DNA of 64,000 bases from Octopus sinensis. Its lineage: Eukaryota. Under the pieces are notes generated by a model. The model worked only from the letters and a program-made list of their open reading frames with translations, was not told the origin of the DNA and searched no databases. The DNA is taken from the NCBI RefSeq assembly GCF_006345805.1, contig NC_043004.1:32240001-32304000 (forward strand). The letters run 5' to 3'. This document shows, piece after piece, positions 1 to 14,201 of this stretch. Within the stretch, counting starts at the first letter, position 1, and each line of letters starts with the position of its first letter. The translations under genes were made by a program, and so were the position numbers.

Positions 1-69
1 AAGTGCAAATGTATTTTGAGAAAAGTTGGGTATAAGAGGAATCAAATGTAGCATGCAAAAGAGATTACA

Positions 70-1110
70 TTCCATCTACACGTAACAAAACTTTTTCTTC
101 ACCCTACCCCAAGAAACCAATCTACATCTCCACATCTCTTTCTCATATTTCCTCCTTCATAGACTATGCCTAGCTCTCATGCCCCAGTCCTGTCTTCATG
201 GCCCTGTTGCTCTGTATCATTGCTATCTGGTAGTCCCTTCCAACTCTTCATATACTCAGGTCTTTCACCACACTTGCACTCTTTAATCATACTTCCTTCG
301 CAATAACCTGCTACTTATATTATGGCATTTGACCAGGGTATACAGTTTTTCTGTCTTTTGCCACACTTGCACTTTTTAACCACACTTCCTTTGCAAAATC
401 CTGCCACTTATATTATGGCATTCGAACCTCAAGGGTTATGCCCTGGCACTTGCCACCATCTATATCTCTCTCTTCCTTTACTCAACCACCCCATTTATAT
501 TCTGATTTGTCTCTTGTGAGTGTGCCCAGCATTTTGCCATCATTTCTATCCTGCTAAATCCCACTCTCTCTCTTCTTCTCCTGCACTTCCCTCAGGTTGG
601 GTAACTATGTATTTCCTTTGCTGTAGCGCACCTGTTTCTGTCTTCATTCCTGATCGATCTCTCTCTCTAGTCGGGTAACTTTGTACTTCCTCTACAGCAA
701 GCCACTTGTATCTGTCTTACTATAACCTTTTCATCATACAACACAAGATCACCTCCTCCAATGCCTCCTCACCACTTGAAAGTTATATAAATGGGATGGT
801 TGAGTAAAGGAAGTAAAGGATATAGATGGTGATAAGTGCCAGGGCATAACCTTGAGATCCGAATGCCATAAGTGGCAGGATATGGCAAAGGAAGCAGGAT
901 TAAAGAGCGTGGAGCAGGGGGTGAGTGGCGAAAACCTGGGTATATATAGTCGGGGAAACTACTTGATAGCAATGATACAGAGAAACAGGGCCATGAGGGC
1001 AGAGTTGGGGAGTGAGAGCTAGGCTAGTGTATGGAGGAAAGGCGAGGAAGTTATGTAGATGGGTTTGTTGGGGTAGGGTGTGTGAAAAGTTTTCCTGTTA
1101 TGTGTGTGTG
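70..1110. repeat. Two old copies of one pyrimidine-rich repeat in inverted orientation (about 70-500 and 780-1110)
   Basis: + strand ttatgccctggcacttgccaccatctata matches the reverse complement ttatgccctggcacttatcaccatctata; similarity extends with gaps over about 400 bp. Confidence 0.7.
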
Positions 1111-1510
1111 GGACACATAGGTTGGGGGCTAGCAGATAGCAATGATAGAGTGAGACAGGGTGTGGATGGAACACAATGTGAGGCTGCATGGCCTTGTGGT
1201 TAGGGTGTCACACTCAGATTGCTTGTTGTGGTTTTGATTACCAAATTCCCAGACTGCACAGTGCATTGTGTTCTGGTGCAAAACACTTCATCTCATTGCT
1301 CTGCTGTCACTTCAACATTTGACTTGTGGCATATCGTTTTCCATGCTGGTATGGGTTGGATTATAGGCAGGGCCAGTTTGATGGAGGGGATGAGCTATGG
1401 TACAGCACAAACATTTGATCACTATAAACAAATCATCTGTGCAGGATGTTCAGCAAGAAATGGCAGAACATTCACCTGTCATCTACAATAAGAGATGACA
1501 TGATTATTTG

Positions 1511-4500
1511 TATACACACACACACACACACACATATATCAGCATATCATTTAATATCTGCTTTCTATATTGGCATGAGTTGAATGGGTCATCACAAACC
1601 GAGTTAGTTCTTGTTTAGTGTTACTGTCCTCATGGGCAGTTTCATTCGATAAACTGGACCCACTGAATTATCATGTAAAGTGGTTGAGTATTCCACAGGC
1701 ATATGTATAGCCTTAACAAAAATCTCAAGCAGAATTAGCATGAGAGTGTGACAAGGCTGGGCCTTTGAATTACAGCTACAATCCATCTGACAAGCTTCCA
1801 AACAGTTTCCATTGACCCAATTTCACTCACAAGGTTTGGGTTGATCCGATGCCATGATAAAAGACATTTGCTCAAGATGCCATACAGGGAGATCAACCCC
1901 ACCTTGTAAAAATTCATGAATAACGTTGTCCACCAGCCATTGTTAGCAAAATTAGAGGGCTGCAAACTTTTTGGGTGACTGCGAATTGTTAGTAGCATTA
2001 AAGTGTCAGATGAAATATTTATTCCAGCTAACTGTATTCTGAGTTCAAATCCTGCTGAATTCAACTTTGCTTTACATCTCACAGGGGTCAATAAACTAAA
2101 GTCCCTACAACAATAGACAGAATCTTAAGATTGCCTTCCAATACTTATTCTGGCTTTTTGTCTTCTGAGTTCAGATGCTGCATGGCCTAAGAGCCTCCAG
2201 GAGAGATTGAGATACCATTATGAATACACCTGCAGTTAAAAACATGGATCTATCATCCACGGTGTTCAACCTGCTTAGAACAGTTAACGAGCAATTGTTT
2301 ACTTGCTTAATGTTATAGGCTGGTTATTGATAATGAAAAGGCTTCGTCCCGAAGTGATCATACTTTGAGCGAGTGTACAAGTAAAACTAGAGGAGTTAAT
2401 TGTATGCTATGGCTCCCTGGTTGTTGTTTTTTTTTTTTTTCAAGCCCTTGTTGTCTAAGGATGCTTCGAAAAAAAATAAAAACTAGAAAAAGCATCACAC
2501 AACAACAACAACAACAACCATAGGCCGACCTGTTAGAAATTGGCATAGCCAATTTTTTTAAAAAACGGGGTAGTCACGATATGCCTTCAATCTAGGGGCT
2601 AAACATCAACACAACATACAAAGCACTTGATTAAATAAGTGCATGAAAATACGCAAAGGAGACACGAGAGAAAATAATTAAGGCAGAAAGCACCAAACTA
2701 CTCCTCAGAAAACTTGTCTATAAGAATTGCGACTAAATAAAATACCTTAATGCCAAATGGACAAAAAGTATATAGAGATGGTCCCACAGAAATGTGAGAT
2801 AATTGGAAACACAGTAAACACTACACGTCACATAAAATTTTGACGACTAAACGAAATGAACGTTATACACACACACATATATCAGCATATCATTTAATAT
2901 CTGCTTTCCATATTGGCATGAGTTGAATGGGTCATCACAAACCGAGTTAGTTCTTGTTTAGTGTTACTGTCCTCATGGGCAGTTTTGTTCGATAAACTGG
3001 ACCCACTGAATTATCATGTAAAGTGGTTGAGTATTCCACAGGCATATGTATAGCCTTAACAAAAATCTCAAGCAGAATTAGCATGAGAGTGTGACAAGGC
3101 TGGGCCTTTGAATTACAGCTACAATCCATCTGACAAGCTTCCAAACAGTTTCCATTGACCCAATTTCACTCACAAGGTTTGGGTTGATCCGATGCCATGA
3201 TAAAAGACATTTGCTCAAGATGCCATACAGTGAGATCAACCCCACAATGTAGAAATTCATGAATAACGTTGTCCACCAGCCATTGTTAGCAAAATTAGAG
3301 GGCTGCAAACTTTTTGGGTGACTGCGAATTGTTAGTAGCATTAAAGTGTCAGATGAAATATTTAGCAATATTTATTCCAGCTTACTGTATTCTGAGTTCA
3401 AATCCTGCTGAATTCAACTTTGCTTTACATCCCACAGGGGTCAATAAACTAAAGTCCCTACAACAATAGACAGAATCTTAAGATTGCCTTCCAATACTTA
3501 TTCTGGCTTTTTGTCTTCTGAGTTCAGATGCTGCATGGCCTAAGAGCCTCCAGGAGAGATTGAGATACCATTATGAATACACCTGCAGTTAAAAACATGG
3601 ATCTATCATCCACGGTGTTCAACCTGCTTAGAACAGTTAACGAGAAATTGTTTACTTGCTTCATGTTATAGGCTGGTTTATTGATAATGAAAAGGCTTCG
3701 TCCCGAAGTGATCATACTTTGAGCGAGTGTACAAGTAAAACTAGAGGAGTTAAATGTAGACTATGGTTCCCTTGTTGTTGTTGTTTTTTTTCAAGCCCTT
3801 GTTATCTAAGGATGCTTCGAAAAAAAAAAATAAAAACTAGAAAAAAGCATCACACAACAACAACAACCATAGGCCGACCTGTTAGAAATTGGCATAGCCA
3901 ATTTTTTAAAAAACGGGGTAGTCACGATATGCCTTCAATCTAGGGGCTAAACATCACACAACATACAAAGCACTGATTAAATAAGTGCATGAAAATACGC
4001 AAAGGAGACACGAGAGAAAATAATTAAGGCAGAAAGCACCAAACTACTCCTCAGAAAACTTGTCTATAAGAATTGCGACTAAATAAAATACCTTAATGCC
4101 AAATGGACAAAAAGTATATAGAGATGGTCCCACAGAAATGTGAGATAATTGGAAACACAGTAAACACTACACGTCACATAAAATTTTGACGACTAAACGA
4201 AATGAACGTTATACACACACACATATATCAGCATATCATTTAATATCTGCTTTCCATATTGGCATGAGTTGAATGGGTCATCACAAACCGAGTTAGTTCT
4301 TGTTTAGTGTTACTGTCCTCATGGGCAGTTTTGTTCGATAAACTGGACCCACTGAATTATCATGTAAAGTGGTTGAGTATTCCACAGGCATATGTATAGC
4401 CTTAACAAAAATCTCAAGCAGAATTAGCATGAGAGTGTGACAAGGCTGGGCCTTTGAATTACAGCTACAATCCATCTGACAAGCTTCCAACAGTTTCCAT

Positions 4501-5575
4501 TGACCCAATTTCACTCACAAGGTTTGGGTTGATCCGATGCCATGATAAAAGACATTTGCTCAAGATGCCATACAGTGAGATCAACCCCACAATGTAGAAA
4601 TTCATGAATAACGTTGTCCACCAGCCATTGTTAGCAAAATTAGAGGGCTGCAAACTTTTTGGGTGACTGCGAATTGTTAGTAGCATTAAAGTGTCAGATG
4701 AAATATTTAGCAATATTTATTCCAGCTTACTGTATTCTGAGTTCAAATCCTGCTGAATTCAACTTTGCTTTACATCCCACAGGGGTCAATAAACTAAAGT
4801 CCCTACAACAATAGACAGAATCTTAAGATTGCCTTCCAATACTTATTCTGGCTTTTTGTCTTCTGAGTTCAGATGCTGCATGGCCTAAGAGCCTCCAGGA
4901 GAGATTGAGATACCATTATGAATACACCTGCAGTTAAAAACATGGATCTATCATCCACGGTGTTCAACCTGCTTAGAACAGTTAACGAGAAATTGTTTAC
5001 TTGCTTCATGTTATAGGCTGGTTTATTGATAATGAAAAGGCTTCGTCCCGAAGTGATCATACTTTGAGCGAGTGTACAAGTAAAACTAGAGGAGTTAAAT
5101 GTAGACTATGGTTCCCTTGTTGTTGTTGTTTTTTTTCAAGCCCTTGTTATCTAAGGATGCTTCGAAAAAAAAAAATAAAAACTAGAAAAAAGCATCACAC
5201 AACAACAACAACCATAGGCCGACCTGTTAGAAATTGGCATAGCCAATTTTTTAAAAAACGGGGTAGTCACGATATGCCTTCAATCTAGGGGCTAAACATC
5301 AACACAACATACAAAGCACTTGATTAAATGAGTTCGTGAAAATACACAAAGGAGACACGAGAGAAAATAATTAAGGCAGCAAGCACCAAACTACTCCTCA
5401 GAAAACTTGCCTATAAGAATTGCGACTAAATAAAATACCTTAATGCCAAATGGAAAAAAAGTATATAGAGATGGTCCCACAGAAATGTGAGATAATTGGA
5501 AACACAGTAAACACTACACGTCACATAAAATTTTGACGAATAAACGAAATGAACCTTACACACACACACACACGA
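1511..5575. repeat. Tandem triplication, unit about 1345 bp
   Basis: Units start near 1511, 2864 and 4210 at (CA)n; identical spurious ORFs recur at 3524/4869 and 3656/5001 (offset 1345). Confidence 0.97.
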
Positions 5576-6339
5576 GATGTATATATATATATACACGAGA
5601 TGTATATAAAATAATTAGCAACGCACAAAACAACCAAACGACACAATTTCACAAAAACTTAACGAACTGAAAGTGTGAAAATATATACAGAAAAACCCGA
5701 GATAAGAGTAACACAAACACATCAGCTAGTGATAGCTTCTACGTGTACATTCGATCTGCTATAAATAATTGTCAAATCCACCTGAAATTATACGTAACGA
5801 TCTTAGAAAAGGATAGGACACATTAGATAACGTAGTCTTAACATACACTAAAAAAACCCCAAAAAAACAGGATGGTCGTGGCTGGAATGTGTTTGACTAC
5901 AGACAGGATCGATCCTGGTTAAGCAAGAACACATTATTACACGACACAAAAAAAATTCAGTTACATGAATTATAAAGATAAAAACACGTAAGAGATATAA
6001 ACGACGATAAAAATTAATCACCAACATAATGGAAAATAATAGAGTACATAACAAAATACATAAGTTTTAAAAGACGTTTATTAAAAATTGATTAATAAAA
6101 ATAAACAGAGAGAGAGAGAGAGAGACAAGAGAAAAGAATTCGCAACAACACAAAAAGAATTAGCAACAGAAAGATGTTGGCCAACGAAGGAAAAGAGAAG
6201 AGAGACAGGGAAATATAAAGTTGATGGCGACAAACTAATGAATCGAATGGATAAAGATAAGAGAAAGAGAAAGATTAATGAGATGAAAGTGTAATTAGCA
6301 GTAACAACATAATAAGAGCAGCATGCCAAGCATTGGCAA

Positions 6340-6860
6340 GTGAGCAAATGGTAAACTTTGGACCAATAAATTGGTCAGAAAAACCTGCACCCAATCAAAC
6401 TCAACTGACCGACCCCACCAATGAAAACAAAGAAAACAAACGGCAACACGGAATCTAAATCTTTTATTCCATACTGTCTCTTCTACGTCGTCATTCTCTT
6501 TTCTCTCTCGTTTTAGACATTATTACTTCCAGAGCGAACCACTCTTGCAGAGTAATTTACAATGGAATCAGGCCTGTTGTCGGTTTTTATTCGGGAAAAA
6601 TAAAATAAAAGTATGAATCTTACCTTTGTAGATACTATATAATAAATTGATTAGAGGAATGTCAACCCTTGCTAAGATGTTGAGATTTTGATTGGTTAAA
6701 TTTACTGAATGTTTTCGTGATTGGTGGTGGAACAGACTTGAATAGAACGGGATATAAATATATTGCTGACAGATAACGATGGGAGACGATTTTAGCACTA
6801 CGGTAGCACAAAATTGCTAAAATTCAGCAATAGCAAAACCGATATTCGCTATTCCCCGCT
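6340..6860 (-). promoter_or_regulatory. Candidate promoter and non-coding first exon of a minus-strand gene running left out of the window
   Basis: Locally CpG-rich; five CCAAT/ATTGG boxes (about 6363, 6391, 6417, 6691, 6720); strong minus-strand donor AAAG|gtaaga at 6624/6623. Confidence 0.35.
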
Positions 6861-6896
6861 TGGTTTATTAATTTGCTCTTATCCTTTAGAATTATT

Positions 6897-7310
6897 GGAT
6901 CTTTTCGGTTTGACCGGCAGTTTTTTAAAACAATTTCCACGTAACTAAACACTTTTAAACTTTGTATACTGGTAGAATGTGTTTATAAAACATCTTTTTC
7001 TCTTGGCTTTATTGACAAAATTCTATAGTTTGTAAGATATTTATTGTTGTTTTTTTTCTTCAGTTTCTGCAATTTCAACCAATCAATGACCGTCTATTGA
7101 GGTGAAAACATTCTGTGCCGTATGAATATGTCCCTCGTTTAAGAAACAGATTGGGTTTATTTACATTTGTGAAGAAAAAAGATACCTTTCCCCCCACCCC
7201 TAACCCTAAAACAGATTGAAATGCAATAGATCGATACTAGGGTCATAATTATGGGTGACAATTTCATATGACACTGCTGGATAAAACTGCCGTTCAAACC
7301 GAAAAGATCC
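6897..7310. mobile_element. MITE with about 28-bp TIRs and 8-bp TSD (GG...CC ends; Merlin- or hAT-like)
   Basis: TIR ggatcttttcggtttgaccggcagtttt / aaaactgccgttcaaaccgaaaagatcc; direct repeat gaattatt at 6889-6896 and 7311-7318. Confidence 0.85.
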
Positions 7311-7802
7311 GAATTATTGCTTTTTTTCCTCTCAGTGCCCCCCTCCGCGCTAAATTCAATCAGTAGATATTTCAGTTAAACAAACAATGGCTTGTGCTCT
7401 ATTTTATGCTTTTATTTATGTCAGTTGTTGGACTGCAGCCATGCTGGAGCAATGCCTTGAAGGGTTTAGTCCAAATAATCGACCCAGTACGTATTTTAAG
7501 TCAGGTATATCGGGTATCGGTCTCTTTTGCCAAACTGCTAGGTTATGGGGATGTAATCAAACCAACACCGGTTGTTAAGTGTGAGAGTATGTATGTGGGA
7601 AACAGAAAGATATGCATACATTTATATCTATTTAATTATGTATGCACATGTATGTATATATATATATCTGCCAGAGGGAGTGTTTGTCCAGGATAGGACT
7701 ACACAGCCACAGCAGGAAATGTATTAGGACATGAAATGTAAAAGCCGGACTAGACTATTTTATGCGCAACTCCATTGTCTCCCGAGACAAAAAGGATGCC
7801 AA

Positions 7803-7844
<42 letters not shown>

Positions 7845-10394
7845 ACAGGTTTCCATCGACAAAATTTATGCACAGAGCATTGCTTGGCTAAGGACTATTG
7901 CAGAAGACACTTGCAGTGCAGTGGGACTGAACCTGAAACCATGTGTTTGGGAAGCAAATATCTTAAGCTCACAACTCACTTATCTTCCTTCTGAATATTT
8001 ATTTGTGTATCAAGACATGATTGACACTCCTTTCTCCCATTCCACCTCTTCATCATCAGAGTTATCATCATCACCACAAACAACATCCTCACCATTTTTG
8101 CCATACCAAATTTACAATATTGTATACTTATTAAATTTCTCATTACTTTATGGAGACCTGCTGAAAGTTAGTGAGAGGATCGGGTAAAGACAGCTGTGAC
8201 TATCCTGCACCACCCTGAATTGGAAGCATCCAAATTAGTCTTGTGAAAGCCACTTCATGGTGATGTAAGAAGAGGAAAATGTCATCACACTTACATCAAC
8301 AACTTGATTGTAGACACTGGCCTGGAGTGTATCCAGGACCTCGAGACAGTGATAATGGACTAAAAAATATGGCAGGTGGACTTTGTTGCTGCAGCCTGGG
8401 TTGGAAACTGGCCATAATAATAATAAAAGCAATGTATTTCAACAGAAATACTATGACATAAAGGTTAAATCACATCCCACCATCTTAAAAAGGACACATT
8501 GGATAATGTAATGTGAGATAGACTACATCTAAAAGAAAAATTCTTTAAATCCCAAAAAACTGATCAACTTTGATCAAGACTGATCTGGAATTTAACAACC
8601 TGAGACATATGATATCCAAATGAAAGACAAGATGATTATAGGTGGATTGGCCATAGTCTAATATGTACTTGTTGAGAGCCAACTTGGTATGTCCACCATG
8701 GAAGACATCACAGTTATAGTGTGAACCCTAGGAAATAGAATCATCAAAAGGACTCCAGTTGCTTGTTGTGTTGAAGGGAAAGGGTGTATATGCAATGATA
8801 GATTCTTATACATGCAGTATTTACATTTTTTGCTTTTGAAGGCAACGTGATTGGCACAACCCCAGTGCAATGTGTTGTTGGATGCAAAACAAGCAGTAAA
8901 AGCAAGCGGTTTCTCCATCATGGGAGGATTGCTCACAGAACCATCATAATTGAGAAGTGGAAGGATGATTCCATTGAAGGAGATCCTTTTAGTAAGGGAT
9001 CAGAAAGATTGGCCATATTTTGGGAGGTAATAGAACTTGAAGACTGTGCAATGCATGAAGACATATTTTGTAGTTTGGATAATGGTCTTGCAAGAATTAT
9101 GGTACTGAGTTAAGAAAGCATATTTTCTGAGAGTGAGTAATATTTTTTCTAGGAATTGTAGGACTTGTTTGTTTGATTAAAAAAAAAGTTTTTAAGTGAA
9201 TACTTGAGCTGCTGTAAGACAGCAATGAGTGAGCCAATCATGAGATGTGTGATTATGAATTTTTGTTTGTATACTGTTCATATTGGTACAGGTATGGGTG
9301 TGTGGTTAAGAAGTTTATTCATCAACCATGTGTTTTTAGGCTCAGTCCTACTGCATGGCACCTTATGTAAGTGTCTTTTACTGAAGTCCCAAGCTGATCA
9401 AAGCCTTGTGAGTAGATTTGGATGACGAAAAATAAAAGAAGCCCATCATGTGCATGTATATGTGTGTGTTTGGGTCTCCTTGTCTTGATACAGTGTAATA
9501 GTTATAAGCGAGTATCACCATCATTCATTTGTTTCCAGTTTCCTATGAAAATATGGCTGGCCAAAGAGAAATATTACCTTAGTTGGAACCAAGTGAGGGT
9601 TGGTGACAAGAAGGGCAGCTGGCCATAGGATATCTACCTCTGACTCATGCAAGATGCTCACATAAGGATGATGGGATGACATGGAAAGTAAGAGGGTGAA
9701 TACTGCCACCTGCCCTTCTGTTTATGATAGATTAAGAGTGAAGCATATGTACTGTCAAGGAATAGAACTTACAGAACTCTAATCAGTTGACTAATTAGCA
9801 TTCAAACTGACCATAATATTCTACCTGCTTTATGTTCAAACGGGTCAGATGTGGCCTTTCACACCAATCCTACAATATTATTTAAAAAATTAACTGTTAT
9901 CTCATCAAAATCTCAAAGCTACAAGGTAATGTATAATTAATTCAAAACAATATGATTAAATAAGCAATACTTTTGACAGAATAATGTGAATTCTAAAGCA
10001 CTAAAGTGCTATGGGGTCCAGTGGGGTTGGAGGAATGTATTGTGCAGTGTGTGGATGTATGTTGGGTAGTCACAATAAAGCAGAAATCTGATGATCCAAT
10101 AGGTACAAAGTTTATGGTCTTGTAGAATACGACATGGTATTTTGTCAGACACTCTGACAGTCCACTATCCTCACAACATAAAATAATGGTTTCTAATATT
10201 GGCATAAGGGTAGCAATTTCAGAGCTGTGGGTAAGTTGATTACATAGACCCTATTACTCAACTGGTACTTGTTTTATTAACCCTGAAAGGATGAAAGGTA
10301 AAATTAACCTTGGCAGAATTTGAACTCAGAATGTAAAGATGGATGAAATGTTGCTAAACATTTTGTCCAGCTTGCTAACAATTCTGCCAGCTCA

Positions 10395-10700
10395 GGATAC
10401 ATAAACTTTGTTCATTTAACATCTGTAGAGGATGAATTTGGAGTAGAGAAAGAGATCAACAATGTTCAGAGTGTGTCTGTCAGTTCGGGATATGTGAAAT
10501 GGATGAAACGAGTTGATGATGAAAGTTGAGGATAGTGAAAAGGTCAGTGGCATCAGTGTTGAATGAGAGCTAAAAAGTCATTGAGGATGATGAATTCATA
10601 AAGGGATGAAGTGAAATATATGTCCTCAATGCAGGACACATAGTCAAAGAGTTGTTGGTAATTTGAGGAATTTGGAGAATAGTAGAGGAAGCAACATTAT
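10395..10700 (-). pseudogene. Highly degraded LINE endonuclease fragment
   Basis: Minus-strand reading LYYSPNSSNYQQLFDYVSC...FIILNDF resembles the APE-type YLSPNS...ILGDFN region; interrupted by stops. Confidence 0.45.
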
Positions 10701-11494
10701 TATCTTGTATTTTTTTTTCAATGATTTACATAAATTTTTATCTGGGTAGGTTGAATTTATTTGATTTTGAACTTAATGATATTACAGCTAATTGCCCATG
10801 GGAAAACTGCTTTTCCCAGTATAGGTTGTATGCCACACGGAGTCAAGAGTACATGTAATAAGAAACTCTTTCATCATTTAGACAAACAGGAACTCTAAAT
10901 AAAAAGCAGATGGTCTGTATTTGCAATAATCCTTTTCTAAAATTCACAAATTGGATATGTTTGAATACTGTAGGAAGATAAGAAACTTGATATTTCAAGT
11001 AAAGTCAGTAAAATAAATACCTTAAAAGGTTAACAGTAGCATAGAAGATAAGCATAAAAAATGGCTTTGCTTAATGTACTCTTGTCTTTCCAAGATTGAA
11101 CAAGCTTATCCAAATTTGTGAATCTTATCAAATGACTTTTATTAATACAGACCACTGTTTTCTTGAACTCTGGTTTTTACTTTACAGTTCCTGTTGACCT
11201 TACTGAACAAGATAGGTTCCACTATATGTTTACTATTGGTAGTCATTAGAGCATTGGACAATATATTTTTCAGTATTCATTCTGGCTGTTTATGCTCTGG
11301 GTTCAAATCCTGCTAAGGAAAACTTTGCCTTTCATTCTACTGGGCCTGATAAAATAAAGTACCAGTCAAGCATTGGGGTTGATCAGATTAAGTGCTCCTT
11401 CTTCCAAATTTCTGGCCTTGTGCCTATGTTAGCAATTATTGTTCTATATTATATTTAAGCAGATGTTATATGAACAAAGTTATTATATTTCATG

Positions 11495-11797
11495 TCACCG
11501 TGACCGACCAGGCTATCAGATGTTGCTACACATCGCTGGTCACGATGCGCTTCGCATTGTTTTAGCCTTCAAATGACGCCACCCCGCTGGCTAAACGAGC
11601 AGGCCGACAGAAGAAAGAGTGAGAGAAAGTTGTGGCGAAAGAGTACAGCAAGGATCGCCACCACCCCCTGCCGGAGCCTCATGGAGCTTTAGGTGTTTTC
11701 GCTCAATAAACACTCACAACGCCTGGTCTGGGAATCGAAGCCGCGATCCTACGACCGTGAGTCCGCTGCCCTAACCACTGGGCCATTGCGCCTCCAC
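11495..11797 (-). mobile_element. tRNA-derived SINE (octopus OR-like), complete with TSD
   Basis: Minus-strand head ggaggcgcaatggcccagtggttagggcagcggac with box B ggcttcgattccc; 10-bp TSD atatttcatg at 11485-11494 and 11798-11807. Confidence 0.9.
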
Positions 11798-13599
11798 ATA
11801 TTTCATGTATGTTATTTATATCATTATTTTATGTTGTGAGGATAGCAGAGTGTCAGAGCGCTAGACAAAATACCTTGTAGTATTTAGTTACATAGTTTGT
11901 AACCAAATTTGCCTTCATCTTTATAAAGCCAGTAAAATAAATTCTAGTGAAGTATAAGGTCCTTCTTCACAACAGTCTCAGAGAGTCTGGAAAAGGAGTC
12001 ACTTTCGTTTGACAAGGCCATTAATAACTTACTGGGATTGGTTAAGCAAACATAATCCTGATCCAGTTATGTGTAGTATTGAGTCAAAAATAAATCATTG
12101 TACATCATCATTCACTTTTCAATTCTTGTTTGAATTAGATGGAACTCATTGAAGCAAATTGTCTATGGTTGAATGCCCTTCCTGTCACCAACCCTTATAA
12201 TAGGAAAGGGAAGACATATATAGTTACATATACATATATGACAGGCTTCATTCAGTTTTTATGTGCCCAATCCATTCACAAGGCGAGGCATCACACAGTG
12301 GGACTGTATCTGAAACCATGTTGTTGGGAAACAAATTTAGTCACAAAGCTATACCTGTACCTGCACAATTGCTTTCAAATTTATTGTTATTACAACTTCA
12401 ATTGTAATATCAAATAATTATGGGTTGAATTGAAGTGAAATTATTACTATTAAAGGGTTACCTCTCTAAACATTTGTAACACTAATGGACAACAAAAAAG
12501 AAAAACATTACTTATTCATTTTCAACAGTTATGTCAGATATTAAGAGGTGACAAAGAAAAAAATATACATTTATGAAAATGGTTTAAAAAATAAGAAAAC
12601 ACACTGCCACAAAGTAAGATTGCAGTTCTTTGTCAAAGTGAACTAGTGATATGGATATACATCCAATGAACAGTATCAACTCTTTACTTTCTTACTAACT
12701 GTTATAAAAACAGAAAAATAGGAAAGGGAAGTGGTTGTTTAGCCCTGATTGAGTAGATGTATGGTCAAACATTCTCAAAAGTGTTCTCTCAGACTATATT
12801 ATCCAACTGTGTTCCATTTTTTTCAAGACAGTGGGATGTAGTTTTAGAGAGATTTGGCTGCTATTCCTTGCAGATTCAGCAACCTCCTAGAAGTTCCTTC
12901 TTTAGCTTGAGGAGAGAAGAATTTAGATATATCAATCTAATTAAGTAATCTGATAAAAAGATTTTTACGTTTCACAATAATAAGATATCTAAAAAGGAGT
13001 TTAGATACTGTCCACATCTTCTGCATGAGTATCAAAAGGAAGTAATTCGTCTAATCTTGACAATTCCATTGTCTACACCTGATTCTTTCTAACCTATAAA
13101 ATCATGAACAGCTACAACCTAAATCCTATTTTCTTTAGACATAAGGGATCAGTGACAATACAAAGACTTCCGATCCCTGAAAAAGAAAAAAAAAGCTATG
13201 TGGAGGTATGGTTCAAAGCTATACAAGGTAGAACCTTGTATAAAAGATGTAATTTTTCACGAGGGAATTCATCAAGCCGTAACGGAAAACTCCTAGTCAG
13301 GAAGAGGTGTAATAAAGGTGGTTACATCACCACCAACAACCACATTAACAGTAACGTCACGAAGAACAACCACAACCCCACCAATGAGCCAGCGAGAGAA
13401 CTTCTATCTGGTCCTTTGATCTGCTAGAAATAGCAGCTAAATCGTCATCAAACTATACCCTACTGTTTAAAAACATGACTGGATACATTGAATAACTAGA
13501 TAGAAAAGACGAGATCGTCATGGCTAGAAATATTTTAAACCATAAGTATATTCAATCGGGGTTAAGTTGTTTGGAGGCTGAATTAACACCAAAAAAGTC

Positions 13600-14201
13600 T
13601 CCAGGGTAAAGATTTTGACCGCTTTGGTCATCCATAGTAAAAGCTTTTGACCGTCTGTTCTCCCCCTTCCTACAGCTTTCCTATTATTTTCAAAATGGCT
13701 GCCTTATCTCTCGTTTCTCAAATCTCGTAATGTCTCGTTAAACGTCACGTTTACAGTAAAAAAAAAAAAACTCTGGCGAGATTTCGGATTTCCATTTTTT
13801 TCCTAAACTATTAATGTGTTAAAACAAATTAATAATATTTACATCGGTCCCGTGCAGGAGGCTTTTTTTTCTAAAGAAATTTTCTTATCCTCATCAGTAC
13901 AACTGGTGTGTGTGTGTGTATATTGTTATATATATACATATAGTTTTATACATATATCTATATACATACACATACATTTGTATATAGAAATATACATGGA
14001 TATATACACACACAAACACATACACATGTCATGTCTATGGTAAACAGGATTACATACCCGTATCTAATGGTTTTGTGTAGTACATCTTGCGGTCGAGTGT
14101 TCTTATAAAGGGACTGAGAAGTAAAAGCAAGAAGGAAGTACATATTTACATCTATATATAAATCATATTTTGGTTGCTAAGACTCCGATGTGACGGTAGA
14201 G
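13600..14201. promoter_or_regulatory. CC2D1 promoter region, possibly bidirectional
   Basis: CpG-enriched relative to the window; YY1-like caaaatggctgcc (about 13691), CRE-like acgtcacgt (about 13742), ETS-like ggaagt (about 14134) upstream of ATG 14202. Confidence 0.5.

Noticed and set aside
1511-5575. CRISPR-like or satellite interpretation of the tandem repeats
   Set aside because: Eukaryotic intron-rich DNA; no short repeat-spacer pattern or cas genes; the unit is ordinary SINE-containing sequence.
7150-7215. Telomere-like ccctaaccctaa
   Set aside because: Only two units, internal to a MITE; not a telomeric array.
8295-8359. Minus-strand exon-like segment (ttttttag|...GAT|gtaagt)
   Set aside because: Good splice signals but no recognisable product or partner exons; it lies among degraded repeats.
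8830-9115. 88-92 aa ORFs on both strands
   Set aside because: Only faint similarity to a LINE RT on the minus strand (LARPLSKL); too degraded to call.
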